From IMG/VR virus record IMGVR_UViG_3300044852_000015, positions 128,001-192,000 of that record: 64,000 bases of DNA; one strand, written 5' to 3'. The notes beneath the pieces are model-generated. The model saw nothing but the letters and a program-made list of their open reading frames with translations. It was not told the DNA's origin and searched no databases. The position numbers and the translations under genes are program-made. The stretch is from a virus. Lineage: Duplodnaviria > Caudoviricetes. Every line of letters begins with the position of its first letter. Position 1 is the stretch's first letter. Positions 55,733-64,000 of the stretch are shown here, piece by piece.

Positions 55733-56959
55733 ATGTCTTCTAGTATTAAGGAGGTCTTTAAGCGACAGCTCTCAGACCTTGAGCTTGACAGCAAGCTCGT
55801 TAAACGTTTGTCCCACTTCAAGCACGCCTTCATCAACAAGAACGACGATCACATCAAGTTCTTCGGCGGTAACTTGCTGGGTGTGGAAATTGTGCGGTAT
55901 CTACAAGCTGACCGTGATGAATGGTTCAGTGAAGTCCTCGACGTGGATGACGTATCCCTGACTGAGAACCTCTACTCGCTGGAGTGTATCAACGAGGAAT
56001 ACAAGCGTACCTCCGATGTGGTGAACTTGACCAGCATCTGGTTACTCCACGCTCTTTACAACTCCAACAAGCTTAGCTCTTCTGAGAAAGAGAAAGCAAT
56101 GATCGACGTGGTGTATATGTTGCAGGTGAAGTTTATCACCAGTATCTTTGCCCACTACTTTAAGTTCCCTGCCGATAAAGAGATTGCTCAAGCGGTCTAC
56201 GAGTCCTTGAGCCGTAAGTACGCCCTCAAGCAAGCCGGGAGCTGGAACGCTTTGTTTACCGAACGTTCCAAAGACGTGATCGGTCACCAGAGTATTCACT
56301 TGAAGACCATCCAGCGGTTCGACGACGATGACGCGATCTTGTACATGATCACTGACATCCAAGGTCGTATCCGTGAAGTGGTCAAGAAGATGTACGCGGT
56401 GCTGATTCAGATGCGGGACAATAAAGACCGTATCTCCAGCACGTCCAGTGTGGGTCTCACGACTGACGGTGAAGCGATCCTCAAAGACCGCCAGCGTAGC
56501 TTCTCGACGTACAAGCGTTACATCCACAGTATCATCCCCGACCGACAAACGTTTATCCGGGATGAAGTGGTGTCTGTTATTACAGATGCCATGCACACTA
56601 TGTCCCCGAAGTTATTTATCGACGTGCTCGAACACTGTAGCGCAAACTACGGTAAAGCGGCCCACGCTGAGATCGGTGACCTGTGTGATGAAACGCTACT
56701 CCATGCTTTTGAGTTCTTGTCCACCAACCGTGCGTTGTTGCGTAACCAAGGTGACCTGAGCAAACTGTTGACCCGTCTGCGTTCGCTGTATATGGCGTCT
56801 CGTATGGTTGACCCTTCCTTGCTGAAGATGCGTGACTTGGCAGACTCCATTGTGGCCAAAGCTTCGATCAGTAAGAACAAAGCCATGCAAGCCAGTCTCC
56901 GTACCGGCCTGGAGTTGTACATCGTCCTACGTACCTTTACCATGAACTACTACTCGTGA
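55733..56959 (+). CDS. Conserved phiKZ-like core protein (gp32-like)
   Basis: FFGGNLLGV, YMASR, RTG..LYI motifs; start moved to ATG 55733. Confidence 0.6.
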   Translation: MSSSIKEVFKRQLSDLELDSKLVKRLSHFKHAFINKNDDHIKFFGGNLLGVEIVRYLQADRDEWFSEVLDVDDVSLTENLYSLECINEEYKRTSDVVNLTSIWLLHALYNSNKLSSSEKEKAMIDVVYMLQVKFITSIFAHYFKFPADKEIAQAVYESLSRKYALKQAGSWNALFTERSKDVIGHQSIHLKTIQRFDDDDAILYMITDIQGRIREVVKKMYAVLIQMRDNKDRISSTSSVGLTTDGEAILKDRQRSFSTYKRYIHSIIPDRQTFIRDEVVSVITDAMHTMSPKLFIDVLEHCSANYGKAAHAEIGDLCDETLLHAFEFLSTNRALLRNQGDLSKLLTRLRSLYMASRMVDPSLLKMRDLADSIVAKASISKNKAMQASLRTGLELYIVLRTFTMNYYS

Positions 56960-56966
56960 GGCCGTA

Positions 56967-57335
56967 ATGTTGAGAATCGCCAAGGCACTTGGAACCCAGT
57001 TCAATTCGGAATCGTCGCAAACGATGCTGTTGATGGATCGTCTCCCACATGGTGCTGAACTTCGACGTTTGATGAAGTACAGTAAGCTGGTGATCAAGCG
57101 GCGTCGTAAGACCGAAGAAGTTTCATTGTTCTGGTACAGTAACATCAAGGTGTCTTGGCACATTGACTACTTCGTGGTTCACTACCTCAAAGATGGTCGG
57201 TTCTTGAGTTACTCTAAACGAGAACACAATGGTCAGATGTCCCTCGACACAATGGAATCGCTGTATCTGGAATCCCTTGAAGTCGTCAGGAGGCAATTGA
57301 AATCGGAAGGGGAATGTCCTTCTGGTTGTTGTTAA
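56967..57335 (+). CDS. Hypothetical protein
   Basis: 122 aa, GAGG RBS. Confidence 0.6.
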   Translation: MLRIAKALGTQFNSESSQTMLLMDRLPHGAELRRLMKYSKLVIKRRRKTEEVSLFWYSNIKVSWHIDYFVVHYLKDGRFLSYSKREHNGQMSLDTMESLYLESLEVVRRQLKSEGECPSGCC

Positions 57336-57375
57336 GCGCATAACGAGGGAGGCCCTGGGCCTCCCTCTATGCCGT

Positions 57376-59586
57376 CTATCGACGCATCAGTGCTTGCCAG
57401 TGACTGGTATCACGTTTGGTCGAGCTACCACCCCAGTTGATTCCCTTCTGGAAGAAATCACTTTGAGTGAGTCGCTGAGACTTCTGGTTACGAGCCTGTC
57501 GTTCATCAGCCGCACGTTTGATCAAGGAGTCCATGTTAGTGATCTCCTCCACGTCTTCCGTGACCCGTGTACTCAAGAACCGTAGACGAGCCTCACACTT
57601 AGTCACAGTGAAGGTGTCATTGGCGTCACTGAGTTGTTCGTAGAGGTCATCAATCTCCTTGCGGAACAACTTCTGTACCTGTCGCTCGTAGATCTCTTCC
57701 TGAGTCATCTGCTTGCTGTTGTCACTGACCCCAATCATTACCTGACTGCGGTCGATACCATAGAACTCGAGGTTCTTCCCGATCGTGAGCAACCAGTTAG
57801 CCAACAACCACGCGACTACCGTGTCATCGTGTCCAGAGGCTTCGTGGTCAATCCGCCCTCGTTTCACTACCAACGCTCGGATCTCTCCTGACAGCACCTT
57901 GTCCCTTACCAGATGTCCTGCCTTCTTCGCCGCGTTCTGCAACACAGTGGAGTAGAGAGTCATACGTGATTCAGCCGAGGTGTTGAAACCAAAGTACTTC
58001 TTGGTCGTGTCGTAGAAACTAGTCGTACGACTGGTCGCCGGTTTGGAGATCTCTTTGAACAGATCCGGCTTCTCGTTAGCTTCGTCCACAATGCGGTTGA
58101 AGATACGGCGGAATGGATCAATCCCGTGCTTAGGCAGAATCATCAACAGGGCGTCAACGATCATCTGGCCAGTCGACTTCTTCTCAGGGATCAAGGTGAG
58201 GTTAGGGTACTTAACCATGATCTCAGCCAGAGCGTTCGAGAAGCGGATCAAGTTGGTTTCGTTAACAGTGAACGCACCGACTACCGACAGATCCCGTGCA
58301 GAGATAATCACGCCCGCAATGGCATCTCGACCCACGGCTTCTGAAGTATCAAGACCGAGGATAAACGTGTCGTTGCGTTTGGCCACTTCCAGTTCTTGTT
58401 CGTCGAGGTACCAACGGATGCAGTACAGCTCTTTGGTGATCTCGGTGTACTTGACATCTCGAATAGAGTCGCGGATCTTTTCGTTGAGTGCAGGAGTGAG
58501 TGGGGAACTCTGAGTACCCGAAGTCCATACGTTGAAGAAGTCACGGTCAGCCGCCTCACCAAACGAGGAAGCCTGTGCCATCGCTTCGTACAGCCATTCA
58601 TCCGTGTAACCCAACTGACGGTGACTGAAGGTAGCGTTGATCATCAACTTACGTCCAGCGCAGTTGACTTTCACCATTTGCTTCAGGGCATCAATGTCCG
58701 TGCAGTCATAGAACAACTCAGTCCACGAAGCCGCACCGTGAATCATGTCGTACATGAACTTACCGTCCCGGTCATCCTTCTTACCGGCGGTTGTGGTAAA
58801 GATGTTGCCGTGTGGTCGACCGTATTGCTTGGCCTCAGCACGAGCGGTGGTAGCAGCAGCCAGTGCAGCAGGCAGCGTGGTACCGATGTGGTTAATGAAG
58901 GGACCTTCGTCGATGTGGGTAATAGGTGCAGTCAGACCACGACCCAAGTTGTTTGCAGTGGACTCAGAGTTTTGTGCCACACCAGTGGTGTACTGGTTAT
59001 CGTGAGTCTTACAAGTCACTTCGAATTGGTTGTCAGAGTCATCCCGGTGTTTAGGCACCAAGTACTGCGGCAACAGGTCACGCAGTTTCTTGATACGCTC
59101 AACGTTCTTCTTACGCAGCCCGTCGTCCTTCGTGATCATGTTGATGATGGAGTTACCAGCACCAATGAACAGAAGCCACAACATCACACAGTCAGTAGAC
59201 ACTGACTTACCGGTCTGTCGTGGTTGGATCAACGCGATGTCGATACTGTTTAAGAAGGCCCACGTAATCGCGATGTTGCCCCGGTTAGCTTTGTACTGGA
59301 TCGGGTTAGGACCAGACACCGGGGGAATGCGTACGACTTCACGCAGGAAGTACCAGATGTTGTAACGGCACTCAATACCGATAGCGATCTTGGTCGCATC
59401 AGAGAGAATGGCGGAATGTGGATCGACCCCTTTAAGGTCTTGGTTAATCAGTGCGAGTGGAAAATATCGGTTCTGGATCTTCATCTCCCCATACAGGGAA
59501 ACCAGTCGTAGAAAGGATTCGTTCTTGGTATCGAAGTCCGGTCTAGCTGTCGTGAACCGATTCCAATCTTTGGCAAATAGAATCAT
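57376..59586 (-). CDS. terL: Terminase large subunit
   Basis: PRQTGKS, HIDEG, TTAG, GLDTS, HDDTV. Confidence 0.93.
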   Translation of the reverse strand: MILFAKDWNRFTTARPDFDTKNESFLRLVSLYGEMKIQNRYFPLALINQDLKGVDPHSAILSDATKIAIGIECRYNIWYFLREVVRIPPVSGPNPIQYKANRGNIAITWAFLNSIDIALIQPRQTGKSVSTDCVMLWLLFIGAGNSIINMITKDDGLRKKNVERIKKLRDLLPQYLVPKHRDDSDNQFEVTCKTHDNQYTTGVAQNSESTANNLGRGLTAPITHIDEGPFINHIGTTLPAALAAATTARAEAKQYGRPHGNIFTTTAGKKDDRDGKFMYDMIHGAASWTELFYDCTDIDALKQMVKVNCAGRKLMINATFSHRQLGYTDEWLYEAMAQASSFGEAADRDFFNVWTSGTQSSPLTPALNEKIRDSIRDVKYTEITKELYCIRWYLDEQELEVAKRNDTFILGLDTSEAVGRDAIAGVIISARDLSVVGAFTVNETNLIRFSNALAEIMVKYPNLTLIPEKKSTGQMIVDALLMILPKHGIDPFRRIFNRIVDEANEKPDLFKEISKPATSRTTSFYDTTKKYFGFNTSAESRMTLYSTVLQNAAKKAGHLVRDKVLSGEIRALVVKRGRIDHEASGHDDTVVAWLLANWLLTIGKNLEFYGIDRSQVMIGVSDNSKQMTQEEIYERQVQKLFRKEIDDLYEQLSDANDTFTVTKCEARLRFLSTRVTEDVEEITNMDSLIKRAADERQARNQKSQRLTQSDFFQKGINWGGSSTKRDTSHWQALMRR

Positions 59587-59671
59587 AAGGGAACCCGTGG
59601 GTATAGGGAAGTATTCATAGGTATACTCCACAGGGCATAAACGGAGGCCGAAGCCTCCGCCTATACTTACA

Positions 59672-61372
59672 TCACGCTGAAGCGTCTACTTGCAGGGTAA
59701 TCATGCCGCCGATACCCAACTGGAGATCGCCTTCTGGTAGTCGACGGATGAAGCGAATGAACAACGGTTCGCCATCTGCCGGTACTGAAGGAACCAGCAA
59801 TTCAGTGTTCCAACGGTCGATCGGGTAGGTGTACTCGTTAGTACCGATCATCAACACGAAGTGGTTAGGCTCCGGTGCACGGTTCTCGGACTGAGTATTG
59901 ACCAACGGTTCGGCGTTGTAGAACACTTTCTGGAGCCAGGTCGATTGTAGTTCGAGACCGCAGTCTACCTTCAGCTTCCAGTTGTTGACGTTCACGAACG
60001 TGGAAATGGCCCGCAGACCTTTACCATACAGCTCCACTTGACCGGGGCTGTACTCGATGTTCCAACCGTTACTGATCACGTTACCCGGAGCCAAGAGCGC
60101 AATGCCGACTCGTTGGGAATGACGCCAGTTACTGTAGCTGGAGTTGAGTTCGTTCATGTTGATACCGACGTCTACTCGCTGGATCGGACCGTAAGAGGTC
60201 GGATCGAACGGAGCCGAGTTCACACCGAAGGTAACCAACGACGTCACTTCGAGGAACTCTGAACGGTTCAGGTTGAACAGGAACCAGCGCAGCTTGTAGC
60301 CCAGGACTGCATCTACCCACTGAGGGAAACAGAACAGCTTGACCGAGTACGCCCCATCGAGACGAGTAGTGGTTGCCCAATACGGCTCCGACAAGTGTTT
60401 CTGCAAGCTCGCTGAAGCCCCGTAGACGTATTCGTCAGACGAGAGCTTGTACGACAAGGCCAACTCGATCTTCTGCCCCACAATCGAAGCAATGAAGTTC
60501 TGGAGGCCATACAGGTTGAACTTAGTGCCATCAACCGGCATGATCTTCTTCGAGCCGTCACTGTAGGTCACAACACCACGAGCATTGAGTGCTTCGACCG
60601 GCATGTTGATAGCGAACTTCAACAGACTGTCATCGCCTTCCGAGATAAACGGAGACTCGAGGTGGATGCTGGTGATGAACTTCTTCGACGCGTCCGTAGT
60701 ACGGATAAACGACGTGTTCATGATCAACAGCTTAGCGATCGAGGTCACGTTGCCGACATCGTCGTACATCACGACGGTTACGACTTCGTTATCAGGAAGC
60801 TTCTGACTGGTGTAACCAACCATCGGGGTTTTCACCGCGTAGTTGATTGCCGACGGAACGCCCGACTGTGGGTTGTTCGGCATCTGTACCAGTTCGAGTG
60901 GGATGTTCTCTCCCAACAAAGTACCACCTTGGTCATACATCGCCGAGATGACTTTGGACTCGTCACTGATGTCAGTGCCCCAGAACACTTTGATAGCCGA
61001 CACGCTGGTACCGTAAACACGCAGACGCGAGTCAACAGCCAACACGTGAGGGATCACCGAGGTGTCCAGATACACACGGTAGGACTCGGACTGGTAGCCA
61101 GGACCCACACCCAGAAGGATGTCTTCCTCGGATACAGACTCACCAACGTTTGGTGGAATGTACTGAACCAGTTGGCTCAAACCAGTGGATAGGTTAGTAG
61201 CAACACAACGCCACAGACCTGTGTCCCAATCCCAGACTTCGTCGTTTACGTTGGGGACGTAGCGACCGGTACCAGAAGGCCCCGTATAAATTTCATGCTT
61301 TTGCCACCGTGTGGGACCCCGGTTGGGATCGCTAACGGGGATAATAGCCACATCACTCATGGTTAGACCCAT
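59672..61372 (-). CDS. Virion structural protein (phiKZ gp26-like)
   Basis: 566 aa beta-rich protein adjacent to terminase; synteny. Confidence 0.7.
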   Translation of the reverse strand: MGLTMSDVAIIPVSDPNRGPTRWQKHEIYTGPSGTGRYVPNVNDEVWDWDTGLWRCVATNLSTGLSQLVQYIPPNVGESVSEEDILLGVGPGYQSESYRVYLDTSVIPHVLAVDSRLRVYGTSVSAIKVFWGTDISDESKVISAMYDQGGTLLGENIPLELVQMPNNPQSGVPSAINYAVKTPMVGYTSQKLPDNEVVTVVMYDDVGNVTSIAKLLIMNTSFIRTTDASKKFITSIHLESPFISEGDDSLLKFAINMPVEALNARGVVTYSDGSKKIMPVDGTKFNLYGLQNFIASIVGQKIELALSYKLSSDEYVYGASASLQKHLSEPYWATTTRLDGAYSVKLFCFPQWVDAVLGYKLRWFLFNLNRSEFLEVTSLVTFGVNSAPFDPTSYGPIQRVDVGINMNELNSSYSNWRHSQRVGIALLAPGNVISNGWNIEYSPGQVELYGKGLRAISTFVNVNNWKLKVDCGLELQSTWLQKVFYNAEPLVNTQSENRAPEPNHFVLMIGTNEYTYPIDRWNTELLVPSVPADGEPLFIRFIRRLPEGDLQLGIGGMITLQVDASA

Positions 61373-63933
61373 CCGTCTTTAATAGAGACAAAGTGACTGA
61401 TGTCAACTTTGGACTCAAGGTAGAAGGCAATAGCCCGGTTCAGGAAGTTGTACTGGTAGATGTTCAACTCCACTTCGTACGACAGGTGGTGAGGGTGGAT
61501 ACTCACGTAACGAGTGTCAACGCCTAGCTTGCACGGATCGAATGCTAGCAAGTACTCGTAGTCAGCCAACCACCGCTTGATGTCCATATCACCGTAGTAC
61601 GCAGTCATCTGTTCGTCCCAGATCGCGCCATTGATCAGGTCAAACATCACCTTGCACGCAAACGGGCTAAACACCTCGTAACGCTCTGGGATGATATTTG
61701 GCACAGTGATCACAAGCTCTGGTAACTTCAGAGTCATGTAGTCGGAGAGGGCTTGGTCGATAACCCGAGACTTATTACGCAGCGAGTACGTATTCTCGTC
61801 TACCAGATTGCGCAATGGAACCACTACGTCATCAATCAGGTACGGACTACCGTTCTTCACGACATCAGTCAGATACACCCCACTATGATCCTCGGCGAAC
61901 TCAAGCTTGTCACGAGTCAGGGTTTTACCACGAACGATCATCCGCATGACTTTGTCGTCACGAATGTCGAAGCGTTTGTTACGACTGAGCAAACCGTTTT
62001 CAATGAACCCGAATTCAGCCGGTGGTTCCATTGACATGTCGTCATCCGGGAAGCCAGTCACTCGCACCACGATTTGTTGCGTGTCACCTTCCACGAGGAA
62101 CTCGCGGTTAGTCAACGTCACAAAGGGCCAGTTCAGGTAATAGTCCAACCCTTCGATCAGGGCGTGACGATTCATGAACAATTCTAGCTTGCCCATCTTG
62201 AGGTTCATGTCTTGCTTGTAGTAGTTCCCGTCACTGCGTCGCTCAGACACTTGAATGGGGAAGTAATACAACCCGTCTGGTGCAGTGATGTCCTGACTGT
62301 AGGTTACGAACTTACGGTCGTCTCGAACAGCCGTGTACCAGTTGACGCGGTCCAGCAACCAAACAACCTTGTCATCCACGAAGCCGTAGTCCACACCCTC
62401 AACCGCCGACACCCAGTTATACGACGGCGTACCAGCCACCATCGAACACTTGTAGTACCGGTAGTTGTAAACTGGGTCGATCGTGCTTTGTGCAGCGTTG
62501 TAGATCGTTTCAAGGCTATCTGAAGCAATCCCCACCAGAGCTTCGATCAAACGACACTCTTTGTTACGGGGGTTGTAGTATACCCCCGTGGTATGTGGGT
62601 AGTAGCCCAACAGTAAACCGTCCGCATCAAACTCGTAACAGGTCGACGCATTCTGCAAAGCAAAAGGCATCTTCACGAAACTGTCGTTAGCCAGAATCGT
62701 TACGGGTTGTGGCGTGTCGGCCACCAGTTTACTGATCGCGTTGTAACCGTAGGCCTTCTGCACCATCTCACGAGTGATACCAGGTCCTAGGTCGCGCATC
62801 ACCTTGGGATACATTGCTGCTTCCAAGTTGTCTGCACGCCAAACGTCCACAGTCGACTCAACCCCGAGCATGGCTTTAGGGATGTCAGTCAACGGGAGTT
62901 TGTACAACTCCTTAATGCGGGAGTTCTCATTCACCAATGGTCGTTTCCAACCAGACTCGCGAATGCACAGACGAACAGTGATGTCACCGGGATCTGACCA
63001 ACCAGGATGTGCTGCGACGAAACCAGCCACGTACGGCACTACAATCGAGTAGTCCTTGTGCGTAACCATTCGCATCGAGTCTTCCTGATTCTTGTGGTGG
63101 TACACACCCTCAAAGCGACCATTGGTCTCTTTCTTGATCAGATAGATGTCGATGTCATCACGGTAGTCAATCGTGTCCTGCTGTGCGTCTGGGTAGTGAA
63201 GCAAGTACTTACGCTTCTCATCCACCAGACTCACAAACGTTTCAAGGTCACTGATCTTCAAGTCGACCACACGACGAATCGTGGAATCGTAAACGTACTC
63301 GATCACGTCCCCAACCTTAAAGCGGTCAGGTTGGAAGTCATCAATCAGGTAGCCGTTCTTGTAAGCAAAGGTGTAACCGGTCTTTGCTCTCAACGCTTGA
63401 TACGCACGTTGATAGTTCAGCAGCTTCGCACGGTCGCCATCGTAGGTGTACCCGTTAATCAAAACGGTGTTCTCGATGTTGTACGAACGCTCAGAAGCAA
63501 AGTAGGCGTTGGAGTAGACCCGGAAGAACACGGGCTGGTTGTACAGGCTATCAAACTGCTCGTTACGCTTAATGGCGATCACGAGGTTTCGATCACCCAT
63601 CACTTGGAGATACGCCAAGTGGCGAGGAATCTGAACACCGTCGATGTTGTAGAGATCCACCATCATCTTGGCCTTGTTACAGACTTCAGAGAACGGCGTC
63701 CAAGTCTTCCACGAGTTCAACAACCCGAGGAGCTTAGGATGGATCTGTCCAATCCAGTAAACGTTAAACAGGTTAGTGCGGTCTGGCAACACGATGGTCT
63801 GCCATTCCACATCAACCAAACGAGAGATTCCGTAAGGCCCAGTGATGTGAGCCAAACGGTAGATGTATTGATAGTCCTGATCGGGAGTGCACCAGACATT
63901 GTCTAGCGCGTGCTCAATCAAGAAATCAGACAT
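61363..63933 (-). CDS. Virion structural protein (phiKZ gp27-like)
   Basis: 856 aa, NVWCTPDQD N-terminus, RMVTHKDYS; synteny. Confidence 0.7.
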   Translation of the reverse strand: MSDFLIEHALDNVWCTPDQDYQYIYRLAHITGPYGISRLVDVEWQTIVLPDRTNLFNVYWIGQIHPKLLGLLNSWKTWTPFSEVCNKAKMMVDLYNIDGVQIPRHLAYLQVMGDRNLVIAIKRNEQFDSLYNQPVFFRVYSNAYFASERSYNIENTVLINGYTYDGDRAKLLNYQRAYQALRAKTGYTFAYKNGYLIDDFQPDRFKVGDVIEYVYDSTIRRVVDLKISDLETFVSLVDEKRKYLLHYPDAQQDTIDYRDDIDIYLIKKETNGRFEGVYHHKNQEDSMRMVTHKDYSIVVPYVAGFVAAHPGWSDPGDITVRLCIRESGWKRPLVNENSRIKELYKLPLTDIPKAMLGVESTVDVWRADNLEAAMYPKVMRDLGPGITREMVQKAYGYNAISKLVADTPQPVTILANDSFVKMPFALQNASTCYEFDADGLLLGYYPHTTGVYYNPRNKECRLIEALVGIASDSLETIYNAAQSTIDPVYNYRYYKCSMVAGTPSYNWVSAVEGVDYGFVDDKVVWLLDRVNWYTAVRDDRKFVTYSQDITAPDGLYYFPIQVSERRSDGNYYKQDMNLKMGKLELFMNRHALIEGLDYYLNWPFVTLTNREFLVEGDTQQIVVRVTGFPDDDMSMEPPAEFGFIENGLLSRNKRFDIRDDKVMRMIVRGKTLTRDKLEFAEDHSGVYLTDVVKNGSPYLIDDVVVPLRNLVDENTYSLRNKSRVIDQALSDYMTLKLPELVITVPNIIPERYEVFSPFACKVMFDLINGAIWDEQMTAYYGDMDIKRWLADYEYLLAFDPCKLGVDTRYVSIHPHHLSYEVELNIYQYNFLNRAIAFYLESKVDISHFVSIKDGWV

Positions 63934-64000
63934 TCAGAGCCTCGATAAGACGTGAAGTGTTCAGGAGGAAACTCTTCCCGGCGTTGTTACGATCGGACGC

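Noticed and set aside
1-64000. CRISPR array, integrase, transposase, rRNA, reverse transcriptase
   Set aside because: No regularly spaced repeats or diagnostic motifs seen by eye

Overview
A 64 kb segment of a nucleus-forming phiKZ-like jumbo phage (Chimalliviridae), roughly 50% GC by eye. It holds the conserved core block: B-family DNA polymerase, chimallin, non-virion RNAP subunits, SbcD-like nuclease, ChmC, sigma-like subunit, PicA/Imp1 and an SF2 helicase. It also holds a virion RNAP beta-prime fragment, PhuZ tubulin, the terminase large subunit, virion genes and early accessory cassettes behind a recurring TATATTAC-type promoter. The least explained part is an RNA island at about 39.5-45.4 kb. 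It contains six canonical tRNAs, two aberrant tRNAs, three tRNA-framed RNAs whose anticodon arm is replaced by a large structured insert, a ~790 nt multi-pseudoknot non-coding RNA candidate on the opposite strand, several smaller closed structured RNAs and a Tad2-containing three-domain protein. Other leads are a probable -1 frameshift (U9 run) fusing a tail-chaperone-like gene pair and a tandem array of seven diverged small paralogues upstream of the polymerase. All homology calls come from motifs and remembered synteny, and all RNA helices were paired by hand; no searches or folding programs were run.
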